Positions 1 to 14,330 of a DNA stretch of 64,000 bases are shown here, in pieces (position 1 is the stretch's first letter; every line of letters starts with the position of its first letter). The translations under genes were made by a program, and so were the position numbers. Under the pieces are notes generated by a model. The model was given only the letters and a program-made list of their open reading frames with translations, ran no database searches and was not told the DNA's origin. The DNA is from Leptogorgia sarmentosa (taxonomy: Eukaryota), in assembly GCA_964658305.1 (NCBI GenBank), contig OZ210885.1, positions 11,222,001 through 11,286,000 of the forward strand, in the 5' to 3' direction.

Positions 1-524
1 TGGTGCTTTATTTCGAGATGTATAAAATTTTGTTGTAAGTTTGAACATCCAGAAAGTTGCAATAGAGAAATATTTTGAAGTAATGAAAAGACAGTCTTAC
101 AAAACGTAAACAGTGCATAGATTGAATGCGGAGACCTTAGACATTGTGTTTCAGCATATTTTTGTTTGTCGCGGCTTCTTTGTTTTTTTTAGTATTTACG
201 TTTTCTCAGGAATCTTTTACTGTAGTAGTGTTGTAGCAATAGTTCTTGTCTTTGTTGCTGCGTTTTCAAAAGCCTTCATTGTTTTCTTGATCGTAATCTT
301 CCGCCATATTTTTGAGATCAGTATTCAGTAGTGACTACCTTCAGATGGTAACCCAAAATTGTGGCGATATTTCTGTGGACTTGGCTACCTAAAGGGGAAT
401 TAGTACCCTCGCCCCGGCCATTCACCCGAACGACGCACCCTGGCGTGGGTCTGGAATCAGTGGTGTCCACCTACACGCCACGATCCAAAATAACAATGGC
501 GATGGATTTACCAAAACTGAAACT

Positions 525-862
525 GTAATCGTATCAAGAGGATCAAAGCCCAGCTAATTGCAGTGAAATGTAATAGCCATTGCAAATATAAAGCAGTTTA
601 TTGACGTTTCGTTGCAACGCACGACATCTTCTGATTAAAGATGTAAAATTACAAGTAACAGTACGAGATATTTACAAAGTTATCGATAAATTCATATATG
701 GGGTAACCGCCTATCCAAGAAGATAAAGTGGTCATATTATATCTTTATTCTGAAGATGTCGCGCGTTTAGACAAAACGTCAATAAACTGCATTATATTTT
801 ATTTACTAATAGCTATTCTTTTGACTGCAATAATCTAGGCTTTCATCCTCCTGCTATAATTA
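525..862. mobile_element. Fold-back Penelope-like remnant with a degenerate minimal hammerhead ribozyme motif in each arm
   Basis: Arms ~525-645 and ~738-862 are inverted repeats. Right arm: tttatt-CTGAAGA-tgtc..gac-aAAA-CG-TC-aataaa. Left arm (minus strand): CAGAAGA...GAAA-CG-TC-aataaa. Confidence 0.55.
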
Positions 863-1199
863 TGGTCCAAAATGGGAATCATTTGAAGAACTTCAGACCT
901 CGCTATCAGTTCTTCTTCCCTTTTCCCGTTGTACATAACCGTGCAGAATTAGTAGCCTCGCCCCGGGCTTACGCTCGAACAGAGCTTCGGTGAATGGTAA
1001 AAATTACCGTTGCCCTCAAATTTACTGGTCAGACGACCAGACAAAAACATTATTTACTACTGAAATAATGCTAAAAGTTGAAGCAAATAATTGCTGCCTA
1101 GATAGTGCTCTATTGTTCCACCTTTTCGAAGAAGAATATATCAGTATTTCTGCAGTAGTTGTTTCGTGTGCTATAATTTTAATGTTTTATACTTTGCAG

Positions 1200-1849
1200 A
1201 GGAGACAAAATCGTCGAAAAAACACACCAAAAACGCGTCTGTTGTTAAATACAGTTGGATTGCAACAAAAACGTTCAAGATTGAAGGTCAACAAATGGAA
1301 TTAACTGGAAATGCAAAGAAAATGGCGAGAGCAATTAATGATGAGAAGACCGCCCGTGTGTTTATGCAACGATTTGGAAGTCATTTTCCCGCTGGGCTGC
1401 AAACACTTGGTGGTGTTTTTTTCCATATCGTTGATGCAGAAAGCTCATGCGCGATGGCGGCATCCGTGTTGACAGAGGAAGCGATCGAACAACTTCAAAA
1501 TCAAATATCTTTCGGAGTTCTTAGTGGTCTTAGTGGAGCTGGCGCAAGCATCAGTGGCGAGAGGAGTAACAGCAATGGCAAAACAGAGGGCCATGAAGAA
1601 AAGGCTGATCAAGTCTTATACACCTTCTCTTTCCAAGCTATGGGTCCTCCAGCAACAAACCCCGCCGCGTTTAGAAAATTGCTCGCGAATAGTTCAACTT
1701 GGGCGTTAATTGATCGTGGCAATCCAAATGCATACATACCAGTCTGGGAGTTGATTCGTGATCTTGGGGCTGACTTTGAAGATGCAGCCAAGACTCTAGA
1801 ATTAGCATGGTGCAAAGGTGAAGAGGAGAAAAAACAGGAGACAACAAAA
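1200..1849 (+). CDS. Exon encoding a MACPF-like (perforin-type) domain
   Basis: tttgcag|AG acceptor and AAA|gtaagc donor. Encodes FGSHFPAGLQTLGG (MACPF [YF]G[TS]H[YF]x6GG signature) and WALIDRG..IPVWELI. Confidence 0.75.
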
Positions 1850-2493
1850 GTAAGCTTACTTTGCCGGAAAACTCATACCTTCAAGCGCACAATATTCCTT
1901 GCCACGATAAATTGGGACGAATTAACTATATAATAATTCCCTTACAAATTAGATGAAATTTGTGGCGGAATAATTTTGACGGATGAAAATAGGAGTATGC
2001 GCACAAATTCTTTGTTTATATCTCCGGGCGTCAGCCATGTGTGAGGGTACTAATTCCGCACGGCTATTTCATCCTTGTAAAAGAAAGCATAGCGTATAGC
2101 ATGCTCCGCTGCTATTTTGGCTCATTTTCGATCGAAGGTCATCTCTGATCTCAAAAATTTAGCGGAACGTCGTGAGGAGCGAACATAAAGACATAAATAC
2201 TGGGAAAGGCAGCAAAGTGAGAAGAAACGATCGTGAATTCAAACACAAGACGAGTTTGTTAATTTATTGTTTGCACTAAATTTATATAAATGGCCGGCGT
2301 AACTCCCACTTTCAATTTGTTCACTGTTTTAAAATTGATTTAATTCCAGAAAGTTTATGCTTTCATAGTGAAAGACGGGAGGTTATTATTGCAAAATATG
2401 AACCAACTTTATATATAAACTGACAATACGGGCGAATATTGGCTTGAAATGGTTTCGTTTCAAATACGAAATTTACGTGGATAAAATATGTAT

Positions 2494-2640
2494 AGGTAAT
2501 AGTATGTTTTCTCGTGCATTTTTGAAAAAACATGCACGAGTGAGTTTTTCAAAAACATTCAAAATTGTGCAATGTGAAGTCTATGAAAAACTCACGAGTG
2601 TATATTTTTCGAAATTGCACGAGAAAACATACTATTACTT
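2494..2640. repeat. Imperfect palindromic (fold-back) non-autonomous repeat
   Basis: gtaatagtatgttttctcgtgca...tgcacgagaaaacatactattac inverted arms. Confidence 0.55.
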
Positions 2641-5082
2641 TTTAATAATATACAAGAAAAAATTTAAATAAATTATACTTGTCTCGCTTTGTTCGGCCGT
2701 TATTAGCTACAGGTTATACGGACTTGTTTTGCGTGTTCATTGAGCACTTGCTTGAACGAAGATAAATCTCTGTCTCGTATTATAAAATGGTTGCCATCAT
2801 CGACTGCTGTTAATATCACTTTTAAGCTGTCTGGTTCATATTCATCGCCGTTTCTTTTTTAATTCACAGTTTTCGTTCAGCATAAAAACAATCAAGGCAA
2901 ATTTTCTACCGAATGAGTTTAATACGGGTGAGAAAATGTCAATGAAATCCAAGTGAAAACCATATTCATTATTTTCCATTCCATCGCGGCATTCCTTTCT
3001 ATTATTTTCTCATTTAAAAACTATATATACATAAAGAATATGGATTTGCCGCGTTGTAATGACAACAATGTGTTATACTACTTAGTACCAGTAGTATACG
3101 TGATTATATGCCTGGTGTCTCCAGGTTCATCTACTAAATTATGCTATTTCGTTATACATTCGCCATCAAACTAATTAAACCAACTGTTAAACTTTGTTAT
3201 ACATCTGTGAAAGTGTTCTTTTTAATTTTATGTTTCCTTATGTGTGCATATTTCGACACATGGTAGTGAATTTGTTGATAATAAAGATTTCTCTACCAGC
3301 CTGAAGAATTGCGCAATCCACATGTGCCCTCACGAAATTGTACCCCCCCCCCCCCCCCCCCACGATAAGATGTCGCGCCGTCCCTGCGGACACACCAGCA
3401 GAGATGATATGCACGGTTCGCAAAAAGATACGAGAAACATAAGTGAATCTTTTACCGTCACGAATATAATATGCGACAATCGAAATATTTTACAAACTGA
3501 AGTGACAAAAAGGCTAAAAGCAGCTTTGTTGTTATCGTTTAAATCTTCATCCTAAATTGTACAAATTTTGAAAAATCTTCGTTTGTAACTATTATAATAT
3601 AAACAGGTTATTAAATTCAACATTTCAACGTTCCCACGTATTTAATCATTTAACTAGAAACACACATACATGCAACAACAAGACTACATTCAACTCAAGT
3701 GGAAATATATTCTAGCAACCTGAAATACTGCGACATTGTTAAAATAAAAACACTGCAATTCATATTTTTCGGAATATTTTTCAGGAATATTTTTTGAAAA
3801 TGAAAAAATATTGGTAAAACATATCCGTCTTCAAACTCAGTTTTTATTGACAATTTTTCTTTTTGTACAATATATGACACTCGAATTTATAAGTGAAAAA
3901 GATTGCGCGCGCGTGATTGGCTAACAGCCGTTAAACTTAAATTTGTTGAAAATATTCGCATAAAACGTTTTGAAATGTTTTAACTTTCTGAAACTATGTT
4001 TTTATTTTACACAAATTTGGTCATTAAAATAAAAACATTTTAAACCAATAATCGCTCGTATTCTTTTACATCTAAAGTTCGTTAGCATTGTGAAGTAGTA
4101 AAAGGCCGTCTTACATTTACACAACGTAAAATTTCTTAAATTAAACTGTAAACAGATTGAATGTGGTTAAACCGGCCATTCATATAAATAGGCGAGAAAT
4201 TTATATGCAAACAATACATACGCTTGTCTTGTATTTCAATCCATTGTTGTTTTTCCTGGCTTTTCTCCTTTCTGCATGTACAAAGGTCCAGAATGCATGC
4301 TTCTCAGGAGTATTTTATAGTCTTGCAGCGATAGTTTTCGTTTTTGTTTTCGCCTTTTGAACGCTTTTAGTGCTCGGTCTTCATGATAGTCCGCCATGTT
4401 TTTCAGATCAGTGATATTATGATCACCATTAGATGACAACCACAAATAGCGGCCAAACTGTGGAACTTCAGACCTTTGAACTCTAAGTATTCTGGAATGA
4501 TGACTTCATACAATTATAAACGTGCCCATACTTGCCTGAAGCCAAGATGGCGGCCTAAAAACTCCAGCGATTGGCCGCATTTACACATCTAATTCTTAAT
4601 TTTTACCTAATAAATTGCGTTCCCGCAAGCGTAAAAGTACATTATGAAAAGCGCTGGTGCTTTTTATTTTTAAAGGATGGTAAAATAGTCTCGTACACTT
4701 TCTAGAATGCGCAAAACTACAAAGAAAAAAAAATTTAGGGCAACGCCCGGACGGTGCTTCCCGCTGTGGCTCGGGAACAAATAGTTTATTGACAAAGCTC
4801 CTTTGTTCCAAAGCGTGGTATTGTATTATTCTTAGCTTCTTCGGTTCTATATGACTTTCGTCTTCACCTTGCTTAATACAATGTGCAATGAAAGAAAAGA
4901 ACTCTGTCGATTTAAATCCCGGAATGCGTACCTTTCCGCTCAGTCAGTAACAAATATGCAGAATTCGATAATTACATGCAGTATGCGAGAATCATAATTT
5001 TTGCTGAACTTTTCTGAAAGTGCAAGAGTAGCGAAAGAATTTAATGTATTTAAAAACTTGTTTTAATTTTTTGATTCTTTAG

Positions 5083-5115
5083 CGTGACAATGATATTGAA
5101 GAATTAAGAAGTAAA
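5083..5115 (+). CDS. 33-nt micro-exon RDNDIEELRSK
   Basis: tttag|CGT...AAA|gtaagt, phase 0-0; paralogous to the micro-exons at 26362 and 26864. Confidence 0.7.
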
Positions 5116-6668
5116 GTAAGTACAATAATAGAATATTGAACATTTTATCCATTTTTTTCAATTTACAAAAATTCTTATTGACACAAAGGGCCATTTATAA
5201 GAATAAAGGTGGTCGTGACTTATGCATACCTGATTTAGATTACACGACTCAAATATGTCCCCATGTTGACAATTTCGGTCTATTTGTACAAACCCATTTT
5301 TGCCAAAACGTGTCTCATCTGAGATGCAAACACGCATTTCGTACCGTTTATACCTCAAGGTCGCATTTTATTGATAGCGACCCGTTCGTGACGCCTAATT
5401 TTGTCCCGTGCAAATGTTATTAAAGGAACACTGAATGGTTTTCCGCGCAGGATTGCGTCATCCATGCACACGGCATCAGTGGCCGATCTAGCGTACATCA
5501 AAGAGGTCATGTGATGTGAGCAAAATTTGGATAAAAATTCCAATTTTGTTTCTTCAGCCCAGTCAATGATTATTTCCATCGCTAAGTTTATTTGAACTCT
5601 ATTATAACATTTATATTTCATTATTCTAAAACTATTGGATTTAAAGAGCAATCAGTATCCATAGCCCTTTGACGTGTTTAAATAAAGTTTTTGATTGATT
5701 GATTGATTTGCCGCATTCAACGGTGTTTCCATTGATGACTCGTTTAATTAAAATCGTTTACTTTGACGAATATATACGAATATTTTTTTTGAAGAAGCAA
5801 ACACAGCTCTTCGAAAGAACGACAAGTTTGCTTTGCGGCATGGTATATACGAACAACAGCTAAGTTGTTCATGAAGGAGTTAAACTCGAAGCCCGAGTTT
5901 GTCTCTAATAGATCGCGAGACGGTTCTAATACAAACTCCTTTTGAAACTGAAGCTTTCACCGTCCGGTGAGACGTACACAGCCATCAGATATGTATCATA
6001 ATTGGATCCACAATTTATATAAAGTTTTAAACGTATCAGGATTAGGAATATCGATGCGGTTCTGGCAGTTTTGTTCTGCCAATTCTGCGGTTATTAGCAT
6101 ATATTATACATTTCAATAAATGCATAATAAATTCCTAAATTTTCAATATATTGTCGGATGGTGTATGTTATACAAGGGATGATGTGGAAAATTAAGCAAT
6201 TCCACATCCACGAAATCGCGCAAAGAATCGCCTGTTTCTACCAAACTCCTCTATCGTTTCGCAGAGGTGTGAAAGGCGGGTTACTGCCGCCTTAAAACCG
6301 GTTTGTTTATGTCTGGCCTTTCGAAACTGTCCATGTCCGGAATTGCAGGCATAATATAATTATTTCGCTACAAGCTATGAGTTCTGGTATCGGGCAAAAC
6401 AGTCGCTATTGATAATATAAACAATTTTTCGCCAAGTTTTATTTAATTCAATATTTGAACGATTTTGCTGCTAATATCATTGCTGTAAATTTCCTGAACG
6501 CTGATTTCTAAGAAGCTTCAACAACTGTGCAAATTAAACATTAATTGCATTTGCACGGTTTCGAGCCCGCGATACATTATAAAAGCAAATAAATAAACGC
6601 TTGTCAACGATAAAATTCTTGTTTATTTTGTCATTTATTGTCAACTTTGGACAAATAAGTTTAGTGAA

Positions 6669-9600
6669 TGTTAAGAAGGATGTGAACAGTTTTGTACTGG
6701 TCGACACGCGCGTGTACGCGCGTGTACGCGGGACACGTGACTAGGTTGTTGTTGTTCGGTAGCGGTTGTGTTCTACGCATATTTTTGTATACTGCATGTT
6801 ATTTATCATAATTATATTTTTGTCAAACTTTTCATCGTCTCGTTTCGACACCGAACCATCTGTCAACTAAACATTTGGCGATCCTGCCAGGACCTTCGTC
6901 GAGAACATGGATTTTTAAAGGTTAATCGCTAATTTTTGCACCGATTCGTATGGGGAATTTTGATGGCATCGTGGTCAAGCGTTTTATAGTAAAAGGTTTT
7001 ATTCGTTTCACATCGATATTGGAAGCATATTTAATGGTTGTTATGAATACGTGGTAATCGTGGGTTTGGATTGAACGTTATTGGCTGTTTTTTTGGGAAA
7101 AGTGCGTAAAAAATTTGGGAATTTATCGGGCAGTTTTGGAAAATCGTCGACCACGCTGTTCACCGAGTGGACATCTGGGGATAGCAGAGGATAAACAAGA
7201 AATCAATTGATTTGTGAGTACAAAGTTTTACGTAAAAGCTAAAGTAAAGGCTATAGTTATGACGGACGGTGAAACAACAAACCAAACCCCTCAAATAGAT
7301 GAATCTCAGGCAGTTGAAGAAAGGGTATTAGGGTTAAAGAGAGAAAAGAGGGCAAGGAAAACAGCTGTGACAAGAATAAGGCATAACATAGAATAATTAT
7401 CTGTGCACAAGAACAAGTTGAATTGCGAAGCCATAGAAAGAGAGATTGAGACATTATGGGAAGCCTTAGAAAGAGGGTTGTCGGTTATGGATGAACTGTG
7501 CTCAACTTATATAAAATCAAGCCAATCAGAGGCTAAGCTAGCTATCTTAACGGAGCAGGATAATTTCGAAGCAGAAGTGCATCAGGCGGTAGAGAAAGCC
7601 CAGCACATAATTAGAGAATACATGGGAAATAGTTCACAGACAGCATCTGCTCAGGAAATGGAGATTACCAGTCCAGCAACTACTCTTACGGAAGTGAACC
7701 CACCAAGCCCACCAAGCTCGCCAAGCAATCCTACTAGCACACCACATAAGCTCAAACCACTGACTGTTCCAGTGTTTAATGGTGATAAAACTCGTTTTGA
7801 AGATTTTTGGGCACTATTCGCCAGTCTAGTAGATGAGGGAAATGAGCCTGTGAATATAAAGATGGGCCCGTCTACGTCAAAGTCTGTCAGGAAATGCACT
7901 GGATGCAATTCGGGGATTGGGTGTCACTGAACCAGAATATGATGAGGCCAAAGAAATATTAAAAACTAAGTTTGGAGGACAGCGCCGTCAACTGCAGGCC
8001 TACCTAGATCAATTAAAGAACATGCCAGCGTTGAAACATAATGACATTCAGGCTTTCGAAAAGTTTGCAGATCTTGTCCGGGTAACTGTGGAAAAATTAC
8101 AAGCAGAAGAACGTAGTGGTGAATTGGGAGATGGTGCACTACATAGTCTTTTGGTAAGAAAGCTAGCAGAAAGACAGGTAGAAAACTACAGTAGATGGCT
8201 GAGCGAGCAACGTAAAGAACGGTCGGTGTTAACACTACGCGATTGGTTGAAAGAAGAGGTATATATCAGAGTCGAGGCGACAGAAATGGCCCAGGGAGTA
8301 GACTCGAAGCCTAGAGATTACGATAGAGGAAAGCACAAGCAATTCGAAAGAGGCTACCGACCTCGAACCTTGTACACTTCTCGAGAACAAGTAAAGAATA
8401 AAGATGGCGATGCTGGTAACATGTATTCTAAGCCTCCTTGTGTAGTGTGTGGGGGTAATCATGGAGTGTGGTCTTGCAAGTACTTCAGTGGTATGACCGT
8501 GCCTGACCGGTGGAAAGTTGCAAAGGAGAAACGTTTATGCTTCCGATGCCTCGCAAGCAATCATCTTGGAAAGGATTGTACAAGATCGAAGACCTGCACA
8601 GTACAGGGATGTAAAAAGAGCCATCATAATTTGTTGCACGAAGACAGTAAAAGAGGAGATGACGAGGAGAAGATAGAGTTGCCATGGGAGGGGGCAGGAC
8701 ATCGAACCCATACCTCAACAAACCATGATGAACCCGCTGCAGAAGCTCTCTCGCTCCGTACGATCCCGGTATGGGTAAAGGCTAACGGAAGGAAAGTAAA
8801 AATTAATGCCATTCTGGACGATGCGTCTAACGAGACATTTCTGACCGAACAGGTTGAAATCTTACAATCTATGCCTGTTAAGGTTATGATAGAAGGGGTT
8901 GACGGACAGTATCGCAAGGAAATCAGTGCTAAAACATGCCCACAGAACGTAACTGGAACCTACAAGGTCGAGGACTGGTCGAAGAATAAGGGAAACTGGC
9001 CACATTTACAAGGTTGTGATTTTGCAACACCAGCAAAAGACGGGTTGGTAGACTTATTGATTGGGATAGACAACGCGGATTTACTGTATTCGAGAGCGGA
9101 CGTTCGCGGAGAACCAGGGAGTCCAATTGCCAGACTTGGACCTCTTGGTTGGAGTTGTATTGGATCCACAGGGAATCGACCCACAGAACTCACACTATTC
9201 GAACTCTGTTGTCAAGGAACACACAAGAAATTACCGGTGCCGCGCCATGTTGCCAGGTGGATGAGAGTGTTAAGCGCTTCTGGGAAATTGAAAGTTGCGG
9301 GACGGAGAACTTTAATTCTAGAATACACACTGTAGAGGAAACAGAAGCCCTGAACAAGGTGAAGGAATCGGTTAGCTATAACAGCGCAAACTCGAGATAC
9401 AAGATAACCGTTCCGTGGAAAGATAATCGGCCGACACTTCCAGACAATCGAGAACAAGCACTGATACGACTCTCTAGCACTGAAAAGAAGCTGAAGAAGG
9501 ACCATGTTGTGAGTAAGGAATATCAACAAACAATCGAATCCTATGTGAAAAAAGGCTATTTGCATCGAGTGCCTGAGAGTGAAACGATACCACCGCAGAT

Positions 9601-12600
9601 ATGGTACCTACCACATTTCCCAATCATCAGAATGGACAAGACGACGACGAAGGTGCGAATCGTCTTCGACTGTTCGGCCAAGGCGAACGGGGTTTCTTTG
9701 AATGATCTCATCAACCCAGGGCCGAAGTTGCAACGGGAACTGTTCGATGTTTTGCTTCATTTTCGGCGCAATCAAGTAGCATTAGCCTGCGACATAAAAG
9801 AAATGTACCTGCAGGTGGAAATTGAAGAGAAAGACCGTCCATTTTTCCGTGTCCTGTGGCGAGATCTAGACTGCACTAAAGAGCCCGATGTCTATGAGTT
9901 TACTCGAGTTGTTTCTGGCAAAAACTCGGCTCCAATGGAGGCGCAATTCATCGCACAAGAGAACGCAAGACGGCACGAAGAATCTTACCCGTTGGCGGCA
10001 GAAACCGTATTAAAGTCAACCTACATGTATGATTCGATAGATAGCGTAGAGTCAGACGAAAGCGGTGTTGAATTGTATCATCAGTTGCGAGCACTTTGGG
10101 CCAAAGCAGGAATGTATGCTAGAAAATGGGTGTCCAATTCCGAAAAGATAATGGCGGAGATTCCGATCGAAGACCAAGCAGAGCAGCTCACCATTGCTGA
10201 CAACAAAGACCCTGTTGTAAAAACTCTCGGTATTGAGTGGGACAGCAAAAGTGACACCTTAAACCTACCCACTTCCAAAGTGTCATCAGATATTCCAATG
10301 ACCAAACGAAACGTCTTAAAGAAGATTGCTGCTGTTTTTGACCCACTTGGTTTCATTAGTCCATTTGTTATGGTCGCGAAAGTTATTTTGCAAGAACTTT
10401 GGGCTCGTGGCTATGAATGGGATGAGATTATAGTCGATGAAATCGCTAATCGGATAGCCGCATGGTTCGTTCAGTTACAGGAAGTCGCAGCAATCCAAAT
10501 ACCAAGGTGCCTGTGCGAACATAAACAAGTCGCGTCCCGAGAAGTTGTTACATTCGTCGATGCCTCGCTGAAGGCGTATGGGACTGTAGTCTACTTAAGA
10601 TGCATTTACGAGGACGGATCTTGTTCCAGCAGATTAATCGCATCAAAGAGTAAAGTCGCACCACTAACGCCGATAACAGTGCCGAGGCTCGAATAAATGG
10701 CAGCAATTCTGGGCTTAAGACTTACTCAGAACGTCCTTCAGGCTCTTTCGATGAGCATGCAGGATGCCACTTTTTACTCCGATAGTACGGACGTATTGTG
10801 GTGGATTCGTGGCTGCGGAAAGGATTTTCGACCGTTCATCGCTAATCGCATTGGAGATATACAAATGCACAGCAACCCTATACAGTGGCAGCACGTTCCA
10901 ACAGACCGAAATCCGGCGGACTTGTGTACACGCGGCTCGACGCCGTTGCAATTATCGAAGTCAAACTTCTGGTGGAACGGTCCGGCGTGGTTAGTGCAGG
11001 AAACTTCACAGTGGCCCAGAATGGATTTAGCAAAGGCTCCAGCAAATCTTCCAGAAAAGAAAGCCCAAAAAGAGGAAAAACGGATTTCAACGGACTATGC
11101 TAAGAGTCGCAGTATGGCAACCAAAGCAAATGAAGAGTTAGCGAAGTCGACAGATCTTTGGCGATTAGACCCACAGCGTTTCTCGGATTGGAAGCATTTA
11201 GTCCGTATACATGCCAGAGTGAACAGAGTCATTACCAATATGCGGAATAAGCAAAGACCTCAGCAGAAAGAGATTGCTCCGGAAGAGATTCGTGACGCCG
11301 AAGATGTGATCATTCGAAATGCGCAAAAGCAATCGTTTCCAAGTGAACACGATGCATTGGCCAACGGAAAACCCATGCCAAGAAGGAGCCAACTAGCAAA
11401 GCTCTCTCCTAGAATAGACCAGCAAGGAGTTATTCGGTGCGATAGTCGTCTCTACTATGCTGACAGCCTTCCGTACGATGCAAGATGTCCGATAATCCTG
11501 CCTCGCGGACATTGGGTTACTAAATTAATCGTTCGTTATTATCATCCATTAGCTAATCACGTCGCAGGAACCAACTTCGCTCTCGCTCAAATCAGTCAAA
11601 GATTCTGGATTGTAGCAGCCCGAGAGGAAATACGCGAATGGGAGAACGAGTGCTGTACTTGCCAAAAGCGACGGAACAAACTCGCTACCCAAGTAATGGC
11701 GCCACTACCGGACGTGCGCCTTAGGTTTACCTATTGAGCGTTCGATCAGGCGGCAGTCGATTATGCGGGGCCGCTCACGACGATCCAGGGACGAGGAAAA
11801 CGGCGGCTAAAGCGCTGGCTTTGCCTGTTTACATGCCTGTCGACACGCGCCGTTCATTTGGAGGTTGCATGGGGACTTGACACTGATAGTTTTCTAAACG
11901 CGTTCACCAGGTTTATCAGCAGAAGGGGAGTTCCCAAAGAAATGGTCAGTGATAATGGCACAAACTTTGTCGGAGCGGTGAACGACCTGAAAGAATTAGT
12001 AGCGCAATTGGATCGGGAGAAAATACAGCGAGCAACAGCACACAGTGGAACAACATGGTCATTCAACCCTCCTGGGGGACCTCATTTTGGAGGGGTGGTT
12101 GAAATAATGGTAAAGGCTGCCAAGAAAGCCATTTTTGCAGTGCTCAACAATTGTGACGTGACCGACGAGGAGTTGATTACCATATGCACGGGAGTAGAAA
12201 GCCTAATGAATTCGCGGCCAATAACTTATCAATCAGCAAACCCGGCAGATGACGTCCCGCTGACGCCCAACCACTTTCTCCATGGGTAGCTTGGCGGAGA
12301 ATTCGCACCAGATGACATGGATTTGGATAGCAATCGTCGCAAGAGATGGCGTAAAGTTCAAGCGATCCTGTCGAGAGTATGGAGTCGCTGGTTAAAAGAA
12401 TATTTGCCAACATTAAATACCCGAACGAAATGGACCGACGTGGTGAAAGACTTAAAAGACGGTGATGTTGTACTGGTTTTAGACAAGGATTTACCAAGGG
12501 GAAAATGGCCATTAGGGAGAATCGTAGCAACATACCCAGGCAAAGACGGGCATACAAGAGTCGCAAAGGTGCAGTTGGGGGAGAAGACGTTGGTCCGACC

Positions 12601-12966
12601 GATACACAAACTTGTGCCTCTAAGAGTCTAGCCAGGGATTTTTTAAGTGAGGACTATAGTTCGAGAGACAGGATTAACTGACAAACGTTGTTGTTGTTTT
12701 TTTGCATAATACTATATCATAGTTCATAGTTGTCATGCGCACTGGTACGTTTGCAGTTCGGGGAGGGGGGATGTTAACAAGGATGTGAACAGTTTTGTAC
12801 TGGTCGACACGCGCGTGTACGCGGGACACGTGACTAGGTTGTTGTTGTTCGGTAGCGGTTGTGTTCTACGCATATTTTTGTATACTGCGTGTTATTTAGC
12901 ATAATTATATTTTTGTCAAACTTTTCATCGTCTCGTTTCGACACCGAACCATCTGTCAACTAAACA
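6669..12966 (+). mobile_element. BEL/Pao LTR retrotransposon, full length but decayed
   Basis: LTRs 6669-6873 and 12772-12966 (TG...CA; about 3 substitutions plus a 10-bp indel). 5-bp TSD GTGAA. PBS TGGCGATCCTGCCAGGA (tRNA-Arg-like) at 6876. PPT 12760-12771. Confidence 0.95.
7259..12631 (+). pseudogene. BEL/Pao gag-pol polyprotein (triple zinc knuckle, aspartic protease, RT, RNase H, integrase), disrupted
   Basis: CxxC..H..C knuckles; LDDAS protease; WYLPH..KVRIVFD; DASLKAYG..SKSKVAP; SDNGTNFVGA; TPNHFL. Stops at ~7394, 10694, 11735, 12287; frameshifts at ~7865 and ~9180; RT YMDD changed to YMYD. Confidence 0.93.
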
Positions 12967-13665
12967 GTGAACGTGTACTACAATGATATTAATCGCGTGC
13001 AATTTTTCATTAATACTTCGAGAACCGTGTAATTTCCTATACGAATTTTTTGAAGGGGTTGATTAAGTACGCTGGATCCGCCCTTTTCGTGGCATGTGCA
13101 TGACGACTGTTTCGGAAAGCGTAAAAATTCACGAGCCGCATCACAAGTTATTATACAAAATAACTACAGTGAAATAACGGAAATGGTAATTCTCTTTTCC
13201 ATAAATAGAAGAAAACCTTCTTTATGGATTCCAGTAATCCGCTAGGAATTTGTGTTACTGTCACATTTTCGTATTTTCGTGACTCGTGAGCATTATACTC
13301 ATGAATAAACATTCAGAATTTTCCGTGCAATATAATGTACAGGATTGTCTGATCCTGCACGGCTATTGACCAATCAATGTATTTTGTGCATGTTTTGCGT
13401 AATTGCGTAATTTGTATATGCATATCATGTACCAGCGTGAATTAAGTATACAAAATGCTAAAAAAAACGTACAAGTTTGGGTGACATCTTAGATGGTGGC
13501 AACTGGAACAACTTTCTTGATGTTTTCAACAGCAATATAAAATTCGAAGTTACTTTTACTTCGGTTTAAGGTGCCTACAGTTTTAACGCGATTTATATGA
13601 ATTAGAGACCCACCTGTATTTGAAATCAGTTTACTTGCTTCACTTTTTCAGAACCACCCTCAGAG

Positions 13666-14111
13666 GAAGGGCGCCATCAGGGAGGGCACTGGGGGGGACA
13701 TGTCCCCCCCAGTTATTTTTAAACCAGCCTTGTGATTGTTCTAAATATCTTGAGGGGGGGGGTGTACGACTATTCAAAATGCTAGTTGATATCAGTATAG
13801 AAACATTGGAGATAAGCTAAGAACAGATGTTGCCTATGTGAAATAATTGAATCATGAACAATTGGTTTTTAGCAGCCTGTACAACCTTTGTTGTTGGAAC
13901 AAATTTCCGATATGTGGCTTTTAGATTATCAATATACTTTGCTTAAAATGCTAAAAATAGCGTTTAGATAACCTCGGAATCAAAAAATTTTTCGGGGGTA
14001 TGTCCCAAAATCACCTCACTCACATATATCATCATAGAAATATCACCTCTTCGATGCTAACTGTGCCCCCCCCCCCCCCTCCCCCGCTTCAACAACCTGG
14101 CGACGACCCTG
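13666..14111. mobile_element. hAT-like MITE
   Basis: 8-bp TSD CCTCAGAG (13658-13665 and 14112-14119); degenerate TIRs agggcgccatcag / ctggcgacgaccctg; G/C runs. Confidence 0.6.
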
Positions 14112-14330
14112 CCTCAGAGATACAATTCATACTAATATGACGCTGCTGAAGAACAACGAAAAATTCGTTGTCTCGAGCGGCATTTGAACTCGCATTTTCG
14201 GGTGTGTAAGGATGCATCAAAAAAAATTCTGTGGGAAATATTCCCTAAACTAACGAGCCCACGAAATTTGTGAAAACTTTCAGTTAAACCAGGTAGATGA
14301 CTACCATGCATGTGGTACGTCTAGCACTGA

